Positions 62,002 through 64,000 of a stretch of 64,000 nucleotides of DNA are shown here, piece after piece. A program made the position numbers and the translations under genes. The notes under the pieces are model-generated. The model made no database searches, was not told the DNA's origin, and saw nothing but the letters and a program-made list of their open reading frames with translations. The stretch's first letter is position 1. The number at the start of each line of letters is the position of its first letter. The stretch is taken from contig CAYGDP010000002.1 of NCBI GenBank assembly GCA_964348665.1, positions 110,033 to 174,032 on the forward strand. The letters run 5' to 3'. Origin of the DNA: an uncultured Verrucomicrobiota bacterium (GTDB taxonomy: Bacteria > Verrucomicrobiota > Verrucomicrobiia > Palsa-1439 > CAYGDP01).

Positions 62002-63645
62002 TCATTTTTTTCTCCGTGCCGGTCTTTTACCGGAACGAACCAAAGCAAGCCGCTGTTTTTTAAGCGCCATGTGAAATTCGTAATCTTCGCTTGCTTCGCG
62101 CAAGATGTAAGATTGATGCGCTAAACGATCAGGATACCTCGGAAGTGCCTCTTGCTTGCGCTTAGCCCAAGTAATGATTTCGCCTTGCTCTTTTCTCGGA
62201 AGCATTGGGAATAGGTCGAAGTATCGCCGAGAGGAAATACCTGAGAATTGCTTGAAGTGAACAAATCTCGAAAGAGGTTCACTGTCATCGACATCAACTT
62301 TTATCGAGTCAGAATGGTGCTCTTGTGCAAAACTTTTTGGATAAGGTTCCGTATAGATCACCTGACGGATTCCAGCCGCAACGATATGCCTGGCACAAAC
62401 GTGGCAGGGAAAGGTCGTGGTGTATAACGTAGCTCCGTCTACTCGAACTCCGCGCCGTGCCGCATCCATTAACGCGGCCATCTCCGCATGCACCGTACGT
62501 GCAAACTCCCCTACCTGCATAAGTGTTCCATCCCCAATTAAACTTAGAATTTCTTGTTCTTTATTCTTCTTAAATGTTTTGGCATTTAAATCCAAGATTC
62601 CTTTGTGGAGCAGTCTCTTTTTATAAAACTTTTCTAACAACTCAAAGAGCCCGGTTTTTTTAACAGTAGTGCCAACATCTGCCCCCAGACGGAAATCACG
62701 GGCATCGCCTTCGTCGCCATTCCAATATTGACCTCCACCGGCTTTGGGTACTTCGTTTGTTCCAACTGATATTATTGATCCATCAGGATCCACAATGGCT
62801 GCCCCAACTTGGCGTGATAAATCTGCAGAACGGAACGCAGCAGACTGGGCAAAAAACATTCCATACTCCTGCCTCGATGGAGAATGGCTCGGATGACGGA
62901 ACAGAAGTTGAACGTATCTTTGAACCGAGATGCGCATTTCCTCAGGATCTCCTACATCTACGAATAGGTCAGCTTTAGAAAATGTGTCGCGCATATTCTG
63001 GCCGAAATCAGCGTATTCTTCTTTTTCATCGCGTTGAATTAACGATTGGGCGATCGGGCGGGACCGATCAGATCTCGGATCCCGTTTTGAATCTGCGATC
63101 CGTTTCGCGAGTCTTAGAACCCTGGACTCCCGTGGTGAGTACGCTGAGATCAAATGAAAGGCATCGCAGTATACCTGTCGGAGGAGTCTTGCCTCATCCG
63201 GATGCTTCAAAGATCTAAGTAGGAATGCAAGATTCGGTACGGGCTTATTCTCGTATTTCCAAAAATCCCTTGGGCCCTTCGGTTGAGGCGGAGGAATTGG
63301 CCTCTTAAATCTTTTCCTCCAGTAAGAGTATCGAATGTCGCGTATCTGATTTATGGCAACAAGTGCCAAGGCATCTCCGCGCTTAAGGGTTTTCCTTAGT
63401 TTATTGCCTGCGTCCATGTGTAAAGTGATCCTTGTATCCTCAGGACTAAGCGGGAGATTCTTCCACTTCCGGAATTGATGCAATAATTCAGCGAGATGTA
63501 TCTCCTGGGTCTTATATCCTACTTCGGAGAGCGAATCTGTAATGGCTTGAGAAACCTCCGTGAGGCCGGCACCTAACGGACCGGCTAAAGCGAAGAATAA
63601 CTCTGGTCTCTCTGACGTGCTGATTTGTTTTTGTTTGAATTCCAT
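62002..63645 (-). CDS. nucleotide-kinase-like + CMP/dCMP-deaminase-domain protein, resembling anti-phage dCTP deaminase (DCD) defence proteins
   Basis: ATG at 63645 with RBS 'gaaagga'. N-terminal P-loop-like 'FFALAGPLGAGLTEV'. C-terminal zinc-deaminase 'HAEMAALMDAARRG...TFPCHVCARHIVAAGIRQVIY' (H-A-E ... P-C-x-x-C). Confidence 0.6.
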   Translation of the reverse strand: MEFKQKQISTSERPELFFALAGPLGAGLTEVSQAITDSLSEVGYKTQEIHLAELLHQFRKWKNLPLSPEDTRITLHMDAGNKLRKTLKRGDALALVAINQIRDIRYSYWRKRFKRPIPPPQPKGPRDFWKYENKPVPNLAFLLRSLKHPDEARLLRQVYCDAFHLISAYSPRESRVLRLAKRIADSKRDPRSDRSRPIAQSLIQRDEKEEYADFGQNMRDTFSKADLFVDVGDPEEMRISVQRYVQLLFRHPSHSPSRQEYGMFFAQSAAFRSADLSRQVGAAIVDPDGSIISVGTNEVPKAGGGQYWNGDEGDARDFRLGADVGTTVKKTGLFELLEKFYKKRLLHKGILDLNAKTFKKNKEQEILSLIGDGTLMQVGEFARTVHAEMAALMDAARRGVRVDGATLYTTTFPCHVCARHIVAAGIRQVIYTEPYPKSFAQEHHSDSIKVDVDDSEPLSRFVHFKQFSGISSRRYFDLFPMLPRKEQGEIITWAKRKQEALPRYPDRLAHQSYILREASEDYEFHMALKKQRLALVRSGKRPARRKK

Positions 63646-63750
63646 TGTGGTCCTTTCTAAGGGAGCTTTTTGTAATTGTCCTCCACATATCCTGCGGACT
63701 TGCAACTCTCAACGCTCTCCATGAGATTTTCGCTCATGATAAAATTCTCT

Positions 63751-64000
63751 TTAGGCAAAGACCCCTCTTATTCTTGCGCACGGCTCGACTTCAGATGGGG
63801 AAAAAATATAAGCGCTGACAGAGTCAAAATAGCCACATCTAAATCGATTCAATGGCAGCCCAACTCGCTTTGAAAGCATCAGAGCGTAAAGGAATACCTG
63901 AGCATGAGCGTTAGTTTCTTCGGATGCCGATGGTTTGTAATCCCAGATGCCTATCTTCAAATCTTCTTCCAAGCGAAGAATATCAATATGTCCCGTAAGA
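63751..64000 (-). CDS. PD-(D/E)xK (RecB-family-like) nuclease domain protein, C-terminal fragment (5' end outside window)
   Basis: Frame is open to the window edge. '...LTGHIDILRLEEDLKIGIWDYKP...' resembles nuclease motifs II-III ('D...E.K', '(I/V)DYK'). Confidence 0.4.
   Translation of the reverse strand, partial: LTGHIDILRLEEDLKIGIWDYKPSASEETNAHAQVFLYALMLSKRVGLPLNRFRCGYFDSVSAYIFSPSEVEPCARIRGVFA

Larger units (their letters stand above)
20445..64000. mobile_element. tRNA-Pro-associated composite genomic island, right end beyond window
   Basis: Integrase abuts the tRNA 3' end. A second integrase lies at 47808-48950. GC visibly falls from about 40.6 kb onward. Cargo is toxin/immunity, plasmid-leading-region-like and defence genes. 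No attR repeat was found inside the window. Confidence 0.6.

Overview
The window is a GC-rich chromosome segment with Planctomycetota-type gene content (DUF1501 + PSCyt/DUF1549/DUF1553 pair, DUF1559 prepilin-like protein) that changes character at a tRNA-Pro(CGG) gene at ~20.4 kb.

Upstream of the tRNA is ordinary backbone:
- dnaN C-terminus, running off the window start
- AsmA-like envelope protein, lipoprotein, DUF1080 hydrolase-like protein, PHP/CehA-like metallohydrolase
- secreted ankyrin protein, LacI regulator, dnaE
- NagB-like/LmbE-like sugar-amine pair

After the tRNA lies a composite genomic island of at least 43 kb that runs off the window end. Its parts, in order:
- A tyrosine integrase with arm-type repeats next to the tRNA.
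- A specialised NusG/RfaH-like paralog and a 360-nt leader in front of one giant 18.5-kb gene. This gene encodes a 6177-aa multidomain adhesin-like RHS/YD-repeat polymorphic toxin with a low-GC C-terminal toxin module, followed by two ankyrin-repeat immunity candidates and an orphan fragment that recombined with the giant gene.
- A lower-GC mobile segment carrying a second integrase and a pRiA4b-ORF3 cassette flanked by direct repeats.
- A HerA/FtsK-like ATPase operon and a methyltransferase/spermidine-synthase-like pair.
- A tightly packed plus-strand operon resembling a plasmid leading region (two SSB-like genes, RadC-like JAB, a WGR-domain ATP-dependent DNA ligase, ArdC), with an iteron-like repeat array.
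- A minus-strand defence cluster at the window end: a kinase-deaminase resembling the anti-phage dCTP deaminase family, plus a PD-(D/E)xK nuclease fragment.

No CRISPR array, rRNA or complete conjugation machinery is seen. All functional calls rest on motif-level reading of the supplied translations and were not database-verified.
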